A stretch of DNA of 64,000 bases from a virus: IMG/VR virus record IMGVR_UViG_3300047560_001345; one strand, given 5' to 3'. A program made the translations under genes and the position numbers. The first letter of the stretch is position 1, and each line of letters begins with the position of its first letter. Below the pieces are notes generated by a model that was given only the letters and a program-made list of their open reading frames with translations, was not told the origin of the DNA and made no database searches. Shown in pieces: positions 52,591 through 61,400 of the stretch.

Positions 52591-53202
52591 TTATGACGTG
52601 GCTGAGGTCGAATATGTGCAACTGACTGTGTCTCCAGCCGTTACCGTCTTGGCCGTAGTGAAGTTGCCTTCAGAATACAGCGTACCTGCGGTTGAGCTCT
52701 GAGTATTCACAGCGCCCGTACCCGTGACCAAGAAACATCCGTAGACCGTACCGCCCGCGCCCGTAATGGTGTAGGTGATTGCCGTAGCCGTAGATGAAGT
52801 CACGTTGGAAGGCGTAGTACCCGTAGAAGTTGCCGCAGCAAAAGAAGCCGTACCACGAACTGCAGATCCGCCCACCGTATAGTTTGTGAATTCCGCCGCA
52901 TTGGTCGTAACCAGCGTGGTCATGGTATCTGTAGCTGCCGGAGTCAGGCTGACCTTGGTCAGACCCAAGAATGGACCTACCGTGGTGTACGTTCCCGTGG
53001 TGCGAAGCAGAGTATTCAGGAGCAGTTCTTTGCCTGCGGCGACAACGAGATTAGGAAAAGATTCTTCCCACTTCAGATTGCCATCCTGACCACGACACTC
53101 AACATGCCATGCGCCTTCGATGCCCATGCCTTCAGGAATAACCGCGTTGGCCTGCAGGGACGCTACAGCGTGGTCGCCAAAATTTGAAAGTTCGTTACTC
53201 AT
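52591..53202 (-). CDS. Tail fibre/structural protein
   Basis: Thr/Ala/Gly-rich. Confidence 0.4.
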   Translation of the reverse strand: MSNELSNFGDHAVASLQANAVIPEGMGIEGAWHVECRGQDGNLKWEESFPNLVVAAGKELLLNTLLRTTGTYTTVGPFLGLTKVSLTPAATDTMTTLVTTNAAEFTNYTVGGSAVRGTASFAAATSTGTTPSNVTSSTATAITYTITGAGGTVYGCFLVTGTGAVNTQSSTAGTLYSEGNFTTAKTVTAGDTVSCTYSTSATS

Positions 53203-53212
53203 CTGAACTCCA

Positions 53213-53635
53213 TCAGTTAATGATGACCACCGCTGTGGTGCTCGTGTTTGGAGGGAAAGCGACCGTTACAGGTTCTAAACCATCCCAAGTGTAGGTTCCG
53301 CCGAAATTAAGAACCGCTACGGCCTTGTTTCCTTTGGATGAATTGTATACCAAGCCAGCCGCGGCTGAAATGATAGCGCCGGGCCATACAGCATTTTCCC
53401 AACTAGCATAGGCGACGGTGCCTGATTGGGTCACGCCTAAATTAGCCAGAACCGTTCCGCCTGCGGTATATCCCGTACCTGATGTCTCTCCGGCGGCTGT
53501 ATAAACCGCCGTTGCTGAACTTAGATTGGCGTTGCTCGTGTAGAGCGCCATGTAGAAAACATCATTATCAAGGTCGTGAACACCTTGCAAAATCTCTTTT
53601 TTGAAGCTAGTTACTAGCGCCTGTGAGATAGCCAT
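53213..53635 (-). CDS. Structural protein
   Basis: Position and composition. Confidence 0.35.
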   Translation of the reverse strand: MAISQALVTSFKKEILQGVHDLDNDVFYMALYTSNANLSSATAVYTAAGETSGTGYTAGGTVLANLGVTQSGTVAYASWENAVWPGAIISAAAGLVYNSSKGNKAVAVLNFGGTYTWDGLEPVTVAFPPNTSTTAVVIIN

Positions 53636-54327
53636 TAGACCACCTTATCCCTGACTTGCACAGTTCTGTAAGCATCTTGACGATCCTTACCATCACCAAG
53701 CTGTTTGAGCGGGATCATGGCTTCTTGGAACTTTGCTTGATACGACTGCAGCACATCCGCTTCGCCTTTGAGGAAAAGGTAGGCTTCCGTAAGGGCACCG
53801 TATAGCAACACGTTCGGGAAGTTCGTACTCAACCAAGTCGATCCAGCAGTCACAATAGACTGCGGATAGGCGAAGTAATGTAGCTCGATGTCGTAGTTCA
53901 CATCCGGGGTAGGCCCAAGGATGTAGGTGTTGTTGTCGAACAAAGCATAGTACTGAGGTACGCCAGTAACCGCCGGATAAGGAAAAAACTCACGGATATA
54001 ATTCACGTCCTTATTCAACAAATACCGATAGTCGTTAGGCACTAACGGCTCATCTACATTCATCACCGCGACAGAGAACGTCGCCAAAAAATCAGATGGG
54101 AGCGTCAGATAGGGAAAGTTGGCCGTAGCCGACCCCGTGACATTTTTACGAAACGCGGGGAGCTGGACCGTGTTGTTAACGAGCCGTTCAGTATCCTGCA
54201 CAAACGTCGGAATGTTGTCGACGAACGTCTGCTCATTCACTTCCGTGAATGCCTGAATAGCGTTGACCAGCCCCGCGTATGTCGTAATGTCGTAAGCAGT
54301 CATGCTTATGCCATCGGTCCTCGGCAC
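53635..54327 (-). CDS. Structural protein
   Basis: Position. Confidence 0.35.
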   Translation of the reverse strand: MPRTDGISMTAYDITTYAGLVNAIQAFTEVNEQTFVDNIPTFVQDTERLVNNTVQLPAFRKNVTGSATANFPYLTLPSDFLATFSVAVMNVDEPLVPNDYRYLLNKDVNYIREFFPYPAVTGVPQYYALFDNNTYILGPTPDVNYDIELHYFAYPQSIVTAGSTWLSTNFPNVLLYGALTEAYLFLKGEADVLQSYQAKFQEAMIPLKQLGDGKDRQDAYRTVQVRDKVV

Positions 54328-54530
54328 TTGGTGCCTTTAGTCTGCGCACCAGTACCCCGCATGGTGATCTCACCGTGACGGTTCATCGGAGGGCGGTTAC
54401 CCTTGCTATAGCCGCCGACTGACATATCCAGCTTTTCGATCGCCTTGCCGCCGGGTTCGACGTTCGTGTGGATCTCGGTACCCTGCTTATAGTAAGCAGA
54501 AGCCGGCTTATTCTCTTTTGCTCTAGCCAT
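54306..54530 (-). CDS. Small basic Gly/Lys-rich protein (family member A)
   Basis: MARAKENKPASAYYKQG... Confidence 0.35.
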   Translation of the reverse strand: MARAKENKPASAYYKQGTEIHTNVEPGGKAIEKLDMSVGGYSKGNRPPMNRHGEITMRGTGAQTKGTKCRGPMA

Positions 54531-54531
54531 G

Positions 54532-54741
54532 TTATTTGCTCCGGGTAGGCTTCTTCTGGTTCATTGCGCGAGCCAGATTGCGACCGTACTTCTTCATCTC
54601 GAGAGAGGTTACACCACCCTTCTTGAGACCTTTAAGATCGGTCTTCTTACCACCGTGAAGCTGCTTATCGTGCATGCCGATAGCCTTCTTCACCATCTTT
54701 TTGTCTTCTTTAATGTCTTCGTGCTTCATTTGGCACCTCAA
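54532..54741 (-). CDS. Small Lys-rich basic protein (family member B)
   Basis: ...HGGKKTDLKGLKKGGVTSLEMKKYG... Confidence 0.35.
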   Translation of the reverse strand: MRCQMKHEDIKEDKKMVKKAIGMHDKQLHGGKKTDLKGLKKGGVTSLEMKKYGRNLARAMNQKKPTRSK

Positions 54742-55130
54742 AAATCAACAGGGCCCATGACGGGCGGGACGGGACGGAAGATAGGTACAACCGAAGCATA
54801 CCCAGTTACATTTACGTTATTTAGCTCAGTATACGCTATGAGAGTCGCAACTGGATTAAATGCGAAGTCAGAACAGCTTGCATTCCTGTTTGTATCAGGA
54901 CGTGGGTTACGGAGCGCCTGAGGGTCATTCGCAGCCTTCTGGCCGCCCAAAATACCCCACCAGTATGCTTCATTGTCCCCATTCCGATAGTCTTGGCACT
55001 CTTTACAGACTTTGATGTTCTGCTGTTTGCCCAAGATATAGACGTACGTAAAGGTCCGCAGCGGGCCTCGAAACCCACATCGATCGCAGAACCCAAACGC
55101 TCGTCTATTACTAGCAAACCGAGTAGCCAT
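54738..55130 (-). CDS. Zinc-ribbon protein
   Basis: CDRCGF...CKEC. Confidence 0.35.
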   Translation of the reverse strand: MATRFASNRRAFGFCDRCGFRGPLRTFTYVYILGKQQNIKVCKECQDYRNGDNEAYWWGILGGQKAANDPQALRNPRPDTNRNASCSDFAFNPVATLIAYTELNNVNVTGYASVVPIFRPVPPVMGPVDF

Positions 55131-55828
55131 TACCAGCCACCTCCTATCCGTTGGCTTTCTGGAGGTAAGTAGTTCCGCTTAGAAATATTCACAACCGCTG
55201 GGATTACTTGAATGTTCCATGGTACATGTAGCCCGCTGACCTCTTGCCCTTTAAGCGGCACAATGTGATCTAACTGCCACGGCACCTGCGTTGCTTCAGA
55301 TCTAAGTTTAGCTAGCTCGTGTGCTTCTTTAAAGAACCATCGGTAGTCAACATCGTCACTTCTTACAGCTCTATTTTTTCTAAACGCCCTGCGCTCACTA
55401 ACGTACGCTTGTACAAGAGCTTTATTGCTTTTACGCCATTCTACACAACGAAGCTTGTTTTTTTCTTTGTGTTTAGCATAAGACTTTCTTGCCTTGGCTC
55501 GATACTTTTCTGGGTTGTTTGTGCGATCTTTAGCCTCTTGTGCACGTACTTTATCTGGGTTGTTCTTTTTCCATTCTGCTTTGCGCGCCCGTTCTTTGGT
55601 TACAAACTCGGGGTTTAGTTTGTTCTGTGCATACCGAGCTTTCTCGTATGCCAATCGCTTTTCTATGTTCTCAACGTACTTTTTATTTGCGCGTTCTCGG
55701 CTGCATATCACACATGATCCGCCTACATAACGCTCCGCTGTATGCCCTTTAGGGCAAGGCTTACCGTTGAAGTACGTCTTCAATCCTAAGCTTTTAGCTT
55801 CTGCGTTAGTTAAAACTTTATCTGCCAC
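55130..55828 (-). CDS. Zn-finger + HNH endonuclease (His-Me finger)
   Basis: N-terminal YFNGKPCPKGHTAERYVGGSCVIC; C-terminal QLDHIVPLKGQEVSGLHVPWNIQVI. Paralogue of 61384..61980. Confidence 0.7.
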   Translation of the reverse strand: MADKVLTNAEAKSLGLKTYFNGKPCPKGHTAERYVGGSCVICSRERANKKYVENIEKRLAYEKARYAQNKLNPEFVTKERARKAEWKKNNPDKVRAQEAKDRTNNPEKYRAKARKSYAKHKEKNKLRCVEWRKSNKALVQAYVSERRAFRKNRAVRSDDVDYRWFFKEAHELAKLRSEATQVPWQLDHIVPLKGQEVSGLHVPWNIQVIPAVVNISKRNYLPPESQRIGGGW

Positions 55829-56516
55829 TGATATATCCCGCCATAGGGACCATCCTTATAGGTGCTTTCTCACGATCTTCGTCAGCCGCCAGTTGCCATG
55901 CTTCATCATACATCTGTTTGAGCATCGGAATCCGATCGTAGGACTCAGGGTTCTTTATCGCCATGTGGTAAGACAGCCCAGCGATGATTGCAGGTATAAA
56001 CCTGAACGGCATGTCCAATGTATTAGAGCCGGCCTGTCCAGCGTCCTGAATTCGGCGCAGATACCAATAATGGAAAAAATACCCAGACTGATTTGGAGTC
56101 GGCCAGATATTGATTTGCGGGATCGGCGCCAAGCGATCGATCCACACCTGCACAGGGCGTCCCTGCGTCAGCTTGTTCGGAATTGCTGCATAGGTCGGAA
56201 GCGCGATGCGCGGAATGACCAGATCAACCTGATTGGCTTGGCTGCCCGGATACTGCCGGATCACCTGCTCTACGATGTCGACGCAATCTTCAGGGAGGTT
56301 GTAAGTGCCCGTGCCCTGAGTCAGAGTGATCTCAGCTTCCTCAATGGTCCAGAGGTTAATCCCTCGGTTGGCCCATTCCTGAAATAGGATATTGAGGCTG
56401 CGCCGCGCTGTCCGCCCCTGATAACCCGTACGGATCTCGAAGCCTGCGCGCTCGCAGGCCTCTTCAATGATCTCGGTGACATCAGGTGTCCAGTTAGCAG
56501 TGCCTGAAGTGGTCAT
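55818..56516 (-). CDS. Tail tubular protein A/adaptor candidate (T7 gp11-like)
   Basis: TARRSLNILFQEWANRGINLWTIEEAEITL resembles T7 gp11 [27 protein letters not shown]. Recalled from memory. Confidence 0.35.
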   Translation of the reverse strand: MTTSGTANWTPDVTEIIEEACERAGFEIRTGYQGRTARRSLNILFQEWANRGINLWTIEEAEITLTQGTGTYNLPEDCVDIVEQVIRQYPGSQANQVDLVIPRIALPTYAAIPNKLTQGRPVQVWIDRLAPIPQINIWPTPNQSGYFFHYWYLRRIQDAGQAGSNTLDMPFRFIPAIIAGLSYHMAIKNPESYDRIPMLKQMYDEAWQLAADEDREKAPIRMVPMAGYISGR

Positions 56517-57517
56517 TACGATACCTGATTAACGGTTACGATGACGGCAGGGGCTGATGGGTACGCCGGGCTTGCGCTTGGAGAGTAAGTTACAACAGAT
56601 GTATGCCCCAACGTAGTCAACCATTTTAAAGTCAGCTTGTTTAAGGTAGTCAGCGTCAAAAACAAATTCACTGTCATAATGTATGCGCCGGGATTTGATG
56701 AGCTCGCGCGAGCTGGAACTGAAGCCCAACTTGCTGAAGACGGCACATCTGTCCCATCCAGAACATACCAAACACCCGCCAAATCCTGCGCATTTTCTGT
56801 GTTCAAAAACTGAACGCTGTACTGAATATTGTACGTACCTGCTACGGCTACTGAGATTTCGCGCGTCGTCGTGTTGAGCGTAACCCCATTGCTAATGTCG
56901 CTGGTGTTGATCTGCAGGAGTGTTGATGTGTTAAGCGGAGTCGTTTGCGCCCCATTTACATAAGTTCCTGAAGTGTGTGATACGTTGCTAGAACCATTGA
57001 CACCACGAGTGCACCCAGTGAACGAAGTTGCCGTAATCCCTGTATAGGTGATAAGTTCAACGCCGATAATAATCGCGCCGGTAGCCGAAAAACCTGTTGT
57101 GGAAACCACAGGGATCGTAGTAACCGTACCGTTAATCGTACTCGTCAGTGTCGTTGAATAATCAAAATGGAACGCGCCGTACTGGGTGTTGATATCTGAA
57201 GGGCTAAGAACTTTCCAGATCGGAGCTGCGGAAGCAGAGCCTGTACCCGTTTGTGTCAGGAACTTCTGGGTCGTAGTAGTGTTGCCGGAGAGTTTGGACA
57301 GCGTGTTCGTAGCGGACGCGTAGAGCGTGTCGCCCAACGTGTAGGAAGTGACATTCGTACCACCCTGAGTCGTAGTGACCGGATGAACATTCAGAGTCTG
57401 CGCGACAAAATTGGTAACTGTCGTCTGAACATTAGCGCCAGATTGAACCAATGGAACAATTTCCGTACCGTTTAAGGTAGCGGCATTGGTCATTGCTGAG
57501 ATTTTAGTGTCGGCCAT
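56516..57517 (-). CDS. Tail spike/fibre-like structural protein
   Basis: Thr/Ser/Asn/Gly-rich 333 aa. Confidence 0.4.
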   Translation of the reverse strand: MADTKISAMTNAATLNGTEIVPLVQSGANVQTTVTNFVAQTLNVHPVTTTQGGTNVTSYTLGDTLYASATNTLSKLSGNTTTTQKFLTQTGTGSASAAPIWKVLSPSDINTQYGAFHFDYSTTLTSTINGTVTTIPVVSTTGFSATGAIIIGVELITYTGITATSFTGCTRGVNGSSNVSHTSGTYVNGAQTTPLNTSTLLQINTSDISNGVTLNTTTREISVAVAGTYNIQYSVQFLNTENAQDLAGVWYVLDGTDVPSSASWASVPARASSSNPGAYIMTVNLFLTLTTLNKLTLKWLTTLGHTSVVTYSPSASPAYPSAPAVIVTVNQVS

Positions 57518-57520
57518 TGG

Positions 57521-57748
57521 TTATGACTCCAAATAGATTTTGCTGCCATCCTCCTGCAGCACGTACCCTGAGTTTTCCATCAGAATAAAATAATTCACTA
57601 CCGGGATAGGCGAGGCGTAAAGGTCAACAACCCCATGATCCCCTACATCATCCCCAAAACTGTCGACATTGTTCGCAACCACACTGATCGCAGTGCCTCG
57701 CGATGTATTCGCAAGATTGGCAACTCCAGTGTAGCCAACGTAAGCCAT
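57521..57748 (-). CDS. Small structural protein
   Basis: Track ORF. Confidence 0.3.
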   Translation of the reverse strand: MAYVGYTGVANLANTSRGTAISVVANNVDSFGDDVGDHGVVDLYASPIPVVNYFILMENSGYVLQEDGSKIYLES

Positions 57749-58038
57749 TAGTTAGGGCCTGCCTGAATAACCGTCAGCGTAGCCGTACCGCCGCCAGAAT
57801 TCACCGTGAGGCGGATCTGAAGGACCGGAAACGCATAATTACCATCCTGCGCCGTAGTCTTAGACGCGATCGTCGGATGATCGTACCAATTCGTACCATC
57901 AAAGGTATGCTGAACCGTGTAATTCACGGTTCCTGAAACCGCAACACCAAAGCCGACATTAAACGGTGAGATGTAGGAAGAGACTACGTACCCATTGGTA
58001 GAGCCCGTGCCGGTTTGTGAGAGAGTAACTGGACGCAT
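57748..58038 (-). CDS. Small structural protein
   Basis: Track ORF. Confidence 0.3.
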   Translation of the reverse strand: MRPVTLSQTGTGSTNGYVVSSYISPFNVGFGVAVSGTVNYTVQHTFDGTNWYDHPTIASKTTAQDGNYAFPVLQIRLTVNSGGGTATLTVIQAGPN

Positions 58039-58046
58039 GATCTACC

Positions 58047-58322
58047 TCAGCAATTCCAAGCCCGCAGGCTTTTGTTAATACGACTGTTTGGGTCATTCGC
58101 TGTCTTGCTTGAAGTCAGCTTTTTCTTCATCCCCGACATCCGGGCGCAGAATGATTTGCGTCGTCCTGTGTCTTCCTTAGTCTTGGGTTTTGGCGCCGGA
58201 GGCTTCAGGTTCATCCCCTGCTTCTTGGCGGAGGCGCGCCCCTTAGCGTTCAGACCGCCTTTTTCAGATTGGCCCTCTTTACGCTGCCACGCTGGTGTTC
58301 TAGCCATTATTATGCTCCACAA
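58047..58322 (-). CDS. Small basic Lys/Pro-rich protein (family member C)
   Basis: MARTPAWQRKEGQSEKGGLNAKGRASAKKQG... Confidence 0.35.
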   Translation of the reverse strand: MWSIIMARTPAWQRKEGQSEKGGLNAKGRASAKKQGMNLKPPAPKPKTKEDTGRRKSFCARMSGMKKKLTSSKTANDPNSRINKSLRAWNC

Positions 58323-58851
58323 CGGCCTTACATAAGTTCATAAAATCAGAAACCGACAATTCGTGTTTTGCCACATTGACCATGCGACAGACTAATTGCA
58401 CATTACCTACTTCGTAACCTAAATCAGAGTCAATCCGATCAAGACTACAGTTAGTGTGCACGCGGCCTTTTCCAAGGTCCATAGTCATAGGCCACCCTGT
58501 AACCGCGCAGCAGCCTTTTTGCGCAAACCACAAGAGCTCCAAGGCGTCCAAAGATATGACTTCTGCTCCCTTTTTACGCCCTATGGCTTTGCTGCGAAGA
58601 TATGCTAGATAGTTTCTAGCGGTCTTTGTCCGCTTAAAATTTGTAAATTGAAGCCGTTCGGCACCCCAAGTACGCTCGTGGTATGACGACTGCTTTACCG
58701 AAATGCAGGTTTTGCACCATGAATTATACTTAGGCTCCCCCGAGACTTTTCGGCCCGTAGTGTAAAAGTCAGAAATATGCTTAGCCTCGCCACAATGGGT
58801 GCAGGCTTTGACTTGCTTGTGCTCATCAACCCAAACTAGCGGCTTAGCCAT
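58300..58851 (-). CDS. HNH endonuclease with N-terminal Zn finger
   Basis: CTHCGEAK...CKTC; HNH core GKGRVHTNCSLDRIDSDLGYEVGNVQLVCRMVNVAKHE. Confidence 0.7.
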   Translation of the reverse strand: MAKPLVWVDEHKQVKACTHCGEAKHISDFYTTGRKVSGEPKYNSWCKTCISVKQSSYHERTWGAERLQFTNFKRTKTARNYLAYLRSKAIGRKKGAEVISLDALELLWFAQKGCCAVTGWPMTMDLGKGRVHTNCSLDRIDSDLGYEVGNVQLVCRMVNVAKHELSVSDFMNLCKAVVEHNNG

Positions 58852-59006
58852 TACTTCTTCCTCGCTGCACGCAGATTATCGACGAGATTCGGGTAAGGGC
58901 GTCCGGCCTTCTTAGCCGCTGCCTTAGCTGCGGTTTTCTTAGCTGAACTCAGCTTCTTAGGCTTTCCGAGACCTTTTGGCCTTGGTTTGTCCCATACTTC
59001 TTTCAT
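58851..59006 (-). CDS. 51-aa Lys/Ala-rich basic protein (family member D; below track cutoff)
   Basis: MKEVWDKPRPKGLGKPKKLSSAKKTAAKAAAKKAGRPYPNLVDNLRAARKK. ATGA overlap with the upstream stop; TAATG overlap with the HNH start. Confidence 0.3.
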   Translation of the reverse strand: MKEVWDKPRPKGLGKPKKLSSAKKTAAKAAAKKAGRPYPNLVDNLRAARKK

Positions 59007-59467
59007 CGCTGCTGCGGCCTCTGTACAACCTGAGATGAAGGGTTACCTTGAATCTGGAGGCCCTGCGGCTGCTGAAACTGTGAAAAGCTCAAAGGCTTGT
59101 TTCCTTGCTGCTGTGGAAGACCAGAAGCTATTCCAGAAGGAGGCGCTCCCAATGGGGTCTGCATCGGTGCCGGCTGGCCGCCTACACCGCCATCACTGCC
59201 GCTGCCATCAAAACCCATATTGGCCGGAGCGTAGTCCGCGCCTGAATCAGGCCCACCATTGTACTGTGTCGACATAAGCTGCTGCGGCTGGTTCGGCTGT
59301 CCTTGCCCTTGATACTGCATGAAGCCCTGAGGGGCTGATGAATTCATCATACCCCCCGGTTGGCCTTGCGTACTGGCACCCTGCAATCCCTGCATTGTGC
59401 TCGGGATATTCGGAACGCCTGAAGCTCCTGCAGCCATTATTTGATTCCCTCGTACATAAAAGTCCAC
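59003..59467 (-). CDS. Gln/Gly/Pro-rich low-complexity protein
   Basis: QGQPGGMMNSSAPQGFMQYQGQGQPNQPQQ... Confidence 0.35.
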   Translation of the reverse strand: MDFYVRGNQIMAAGASGVPNIPSTMQGLQGASTQGQPGGMMNSSAPQGFMQYQGQGQPNQPQQLMSTQYNGGPDSGADYAPANMGFDGSGSDGGVGGQPAPMQTPLGAPPSGIASGLPQQQGNKPLSFSQFQQPQGLQIQGNPSSQVVQRPQQR

Positions 59468-60099
59468 CCTTTATGTTTATAGCCTAATTTGATAGCGCGA
59501 CATACCTTCTCGGTGTGCCCCCTAATGTATTTTGCTGCTTCTGTGAGCGTATCAAATCTGTGTGTGCCATGCTCAGGATGCGATCCGATTACCGCTCTAG
59601 CTTTTCCATTAGCTGCGCCACATCGTTTTCCTAATTGCGCTTTAAATGCCTCCGGTAGCGGACGCGCTTTAAAGATTGCACTTAATTTAGCGCGAGTTTC
59701 GTCGCTGACCACTCTGCCCGACATACGAGCTGCCTGTGCTTGCCTGAACTCTTCTGAGCGCTTTTGGCCCTTATTTTTAGCTGCGGTCCGTACATAAGCA
59801 TCGGGAGAGTTAGGGCATCCGGCCTTACCTTCACCGCCATCAGTCATATTGACCAGAGCGGCGCCCATAGCTCTAAAGCACTTTATTAATCCTTTTTCAA
59901 GCTCAAACGCAACGCTTTCAGATGAGCACTCCAGTATACCCACGCCGATATTGTCTGCGCCATATTTAACTACAGTGCGCTCATGCACGATGTTTCTACG
60001 CCCTTTTCTAAGGCTTTTGGCCCTATTTAGCGTACCTTTCCCCACGTAGAACACGCTGGAGTCTGGTTTACAATGTACGTAAGCGCACTGTCCGCTCAT
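59437..60099 (-). CDS. GIY-YIG homing endonuclease
   Basis: AYVHCKPDSSVFYVGKGT...R...E core; C-terminal repeated basic DNA-binding motifs (SDETRAKLSAIFKARP / PEAFKAQLGKR). Confidence 0.7.
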   Translation of the reverse strand: MSGQCAYVHCKPDSSVFYVGKGTLNRAKSLRKGRRNIVHERTVVKYGADNIGVGILECSSESVAFELEKGLIKCFRAMGAALVNMTDGGEGKAGCPNSPDAYVRTAAKNKGQKRSEEFRQAQAARMSGRVVSDETRAKLSAIFKARPLPEAFKAQLGKRCGAANGKARAVIGSHPEHGTHRFDTLTEAAKYIRGHTEKVCRAIKLGYKHKGWTFMYEGIK

Positions 60100-60377
60100 C
60101 GGATTTTGCCGCGAGTGCGGCCTTTCTGGGCGATACCGTCGATCGATCCACCCTTTGCATAACCTTTACACATGCCGCCTTTCTTCATGCCCATGCCGCC
60201 CATGGCCGGACCCATCGGACCCATACCATCCACAGCGCCTGCCGGAGCCTTTGCCTTGATTTTCATAGAAGACTTGGCGGGTTTGGGCGCCATCGCCTTA
60301 CGGGGATCTTTCTTAGCCATATCATTACCTCTAGCCTTTTCTTGAATGGGGGCAATCCCCCGCGATGGGCGTGTCAT
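60096..60377 (-). CDS. Small basic Gly/Lys/Met-rich protein (family member E)
   Basis: ...MGGMGMKKGGMCKGYAKGGSIDG... ATGA-coupled to the GIY-YIG gene. Confidence 0.35.
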   Translation of the reverse strand: MTRPSRGIAPIQEKARGNDMAKKDPRKAMAPKPAKSSMKIKAKAPAGAVDGMGPMGPAMGGMGMKKGGMCKGYAKGGSIDGIAQKGRTRGKIR

Positions 60378-60676
60378 TTGTCTACCTTACTGTCCAGCTT
60401 GTCCATTATCCGATTAAACATGCCTCTAATTTCAGCAATATCAATCCGGTAATCTTCCTTGCGGACGTAATGCTCATGGATCGTCTGGTTCGTTTCCTTC
60501 ATATCCTTCTGCAATTCCTTAATTGCATCCCAGATAATCTTTACGAACCAACCGAGGATGGCGCCAATTAGCGCCATCACACCGTCGAGTATGTTTTGGA
60601 ACTCCATGTCCTGCATCCTTCCCTTATTACGGGGTCGGAGTTGCAGATCCATTTGAGTTCTTCTGGACGTAGACAA
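60374..60676 (-). CDS. Single-TM protein with a charged coiled C-terminus (holin/spanin-like?)
   Basis: TM ILDGVMALIGAILGWFVKIIW. Confidence 0.3.
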   Translation of the reverse strand: MSTSRRTQMDLQLRPRNKGRMQDMEFQNILDGVMALIGAILGWFVKIIWDAIKELQKDMKETNQTIHEHYVRKEDYRIDIAEIRGMFNRIMDKLDSKVDK

Positions 60677-61112
60677 CAGTCACAGTCGCCGCACCAGTCA
60701 CTGCTGAACCTCCAAGGGTCGCCGTAACCAGAACGTCAGAAGTACCAATATTGTTGATCGCAGTACCCACCAGATTGCCTCCGGCAGTAGAGATCACACC
60801 AGCACTGGTGATCGTGGTAGAAGTAAGATACTTGTTCGCCGTCGTACCATCACCGATCGTCAGCGTAGTCGCTGCATTGAACAGGGTCGTGGTGTTGACG
60901 TAGATATTGAGAATCTGTGAACCAGCCGGGAGGGTGGCTACAACCGTGGGGCTTACGCCCGCGGCGAGATCGCCTGACTGAGAAAGAACCATCAGACCGA
61001 CGTTACGTACGGTGCCCGGAGTGGTTCCAGTGGTGTCCTTAACGGTACCGGTACCCCAAGGACCAAGGTGAGTTGCAAAACCCATGATATACCTCATTGC
61101 GCCTGCACCCAT
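60627..61112 (-). CDS. Structural protein (161 aa, Thr/Gly-rich; possible decoration protein)
   Basis: Own sigma70-like promoter upstream. Confidence 0.4.
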   Translation of the reverse strand: MGAGAMRYIMGFATHLGPWGTGTVKDTTGTTPGTVRNVGLMVLSQSGDLAAGVSPTVVATLPAGSQILNIYVNTTTLFNAATTLTIGDGTTANKYLTSTTITSAGVISTAGGNLVGTAINNIGTSDVLVTATLGGSAVTGAATVTVVYVQKNSNGSATPTP

Positions 61113-61175
61113 CCATCTTGCGCGTTGTCCGCTGGGTCGGTTGGATGAGCATTAAAAACCCCAGATCTTGGAGTT

Positions 61176-61204
61176 CTTATAAGCTACTTACTTTGCTGTG
61201 TCAA
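61176..61204 (-). promoter_or_regulatory. Sigma70 consensus-like promoter on the minus strand
   Basis: TTGACA (plus 61204..61199), 17 nt, TATAAG (plus 61181..61176). Confidence 0.5.
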
Positions 61205-61400
61205 CGCCTTCATTTTTGAGGCGTATTCCACCTCCGAGGGCACCGATGATGGCGGCGATTCCGGCTCCGATCTCAAGGGGAGCAGCGCCCACCACAATAG
61301 CTGAGCCAACAAGAGCCACACCAAGAAACCCAATAATCCTAATAGCACAGAAAGTTTCATTGTCTCGCTCCGTCAGGGCTGTTTTAACCAGTTTGTTCAT
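61188..61400 (-). CDS. 70-aa membrane protein
   Basis: Gly/Ala-rich TM IIGFLGVALVGSAIVVGAAPLEIGAGIAAIIGALGGGI. Confidence 0.3.
   Translation of the reverse strand: MNKLVKTALTERDNETFCAIRIIGFLGVALVGSAIVVGAAPLEIGAGIAAIIGALGGGIRLKNEGVDTAK

Noticed and set aside
47712-53202. Diversity-generating retroelement targeting tail fibres
   Set aside because: The fibre paralogues have variable middles, but no reverse transcriptase and no template or variable repeat pair exist in the window.
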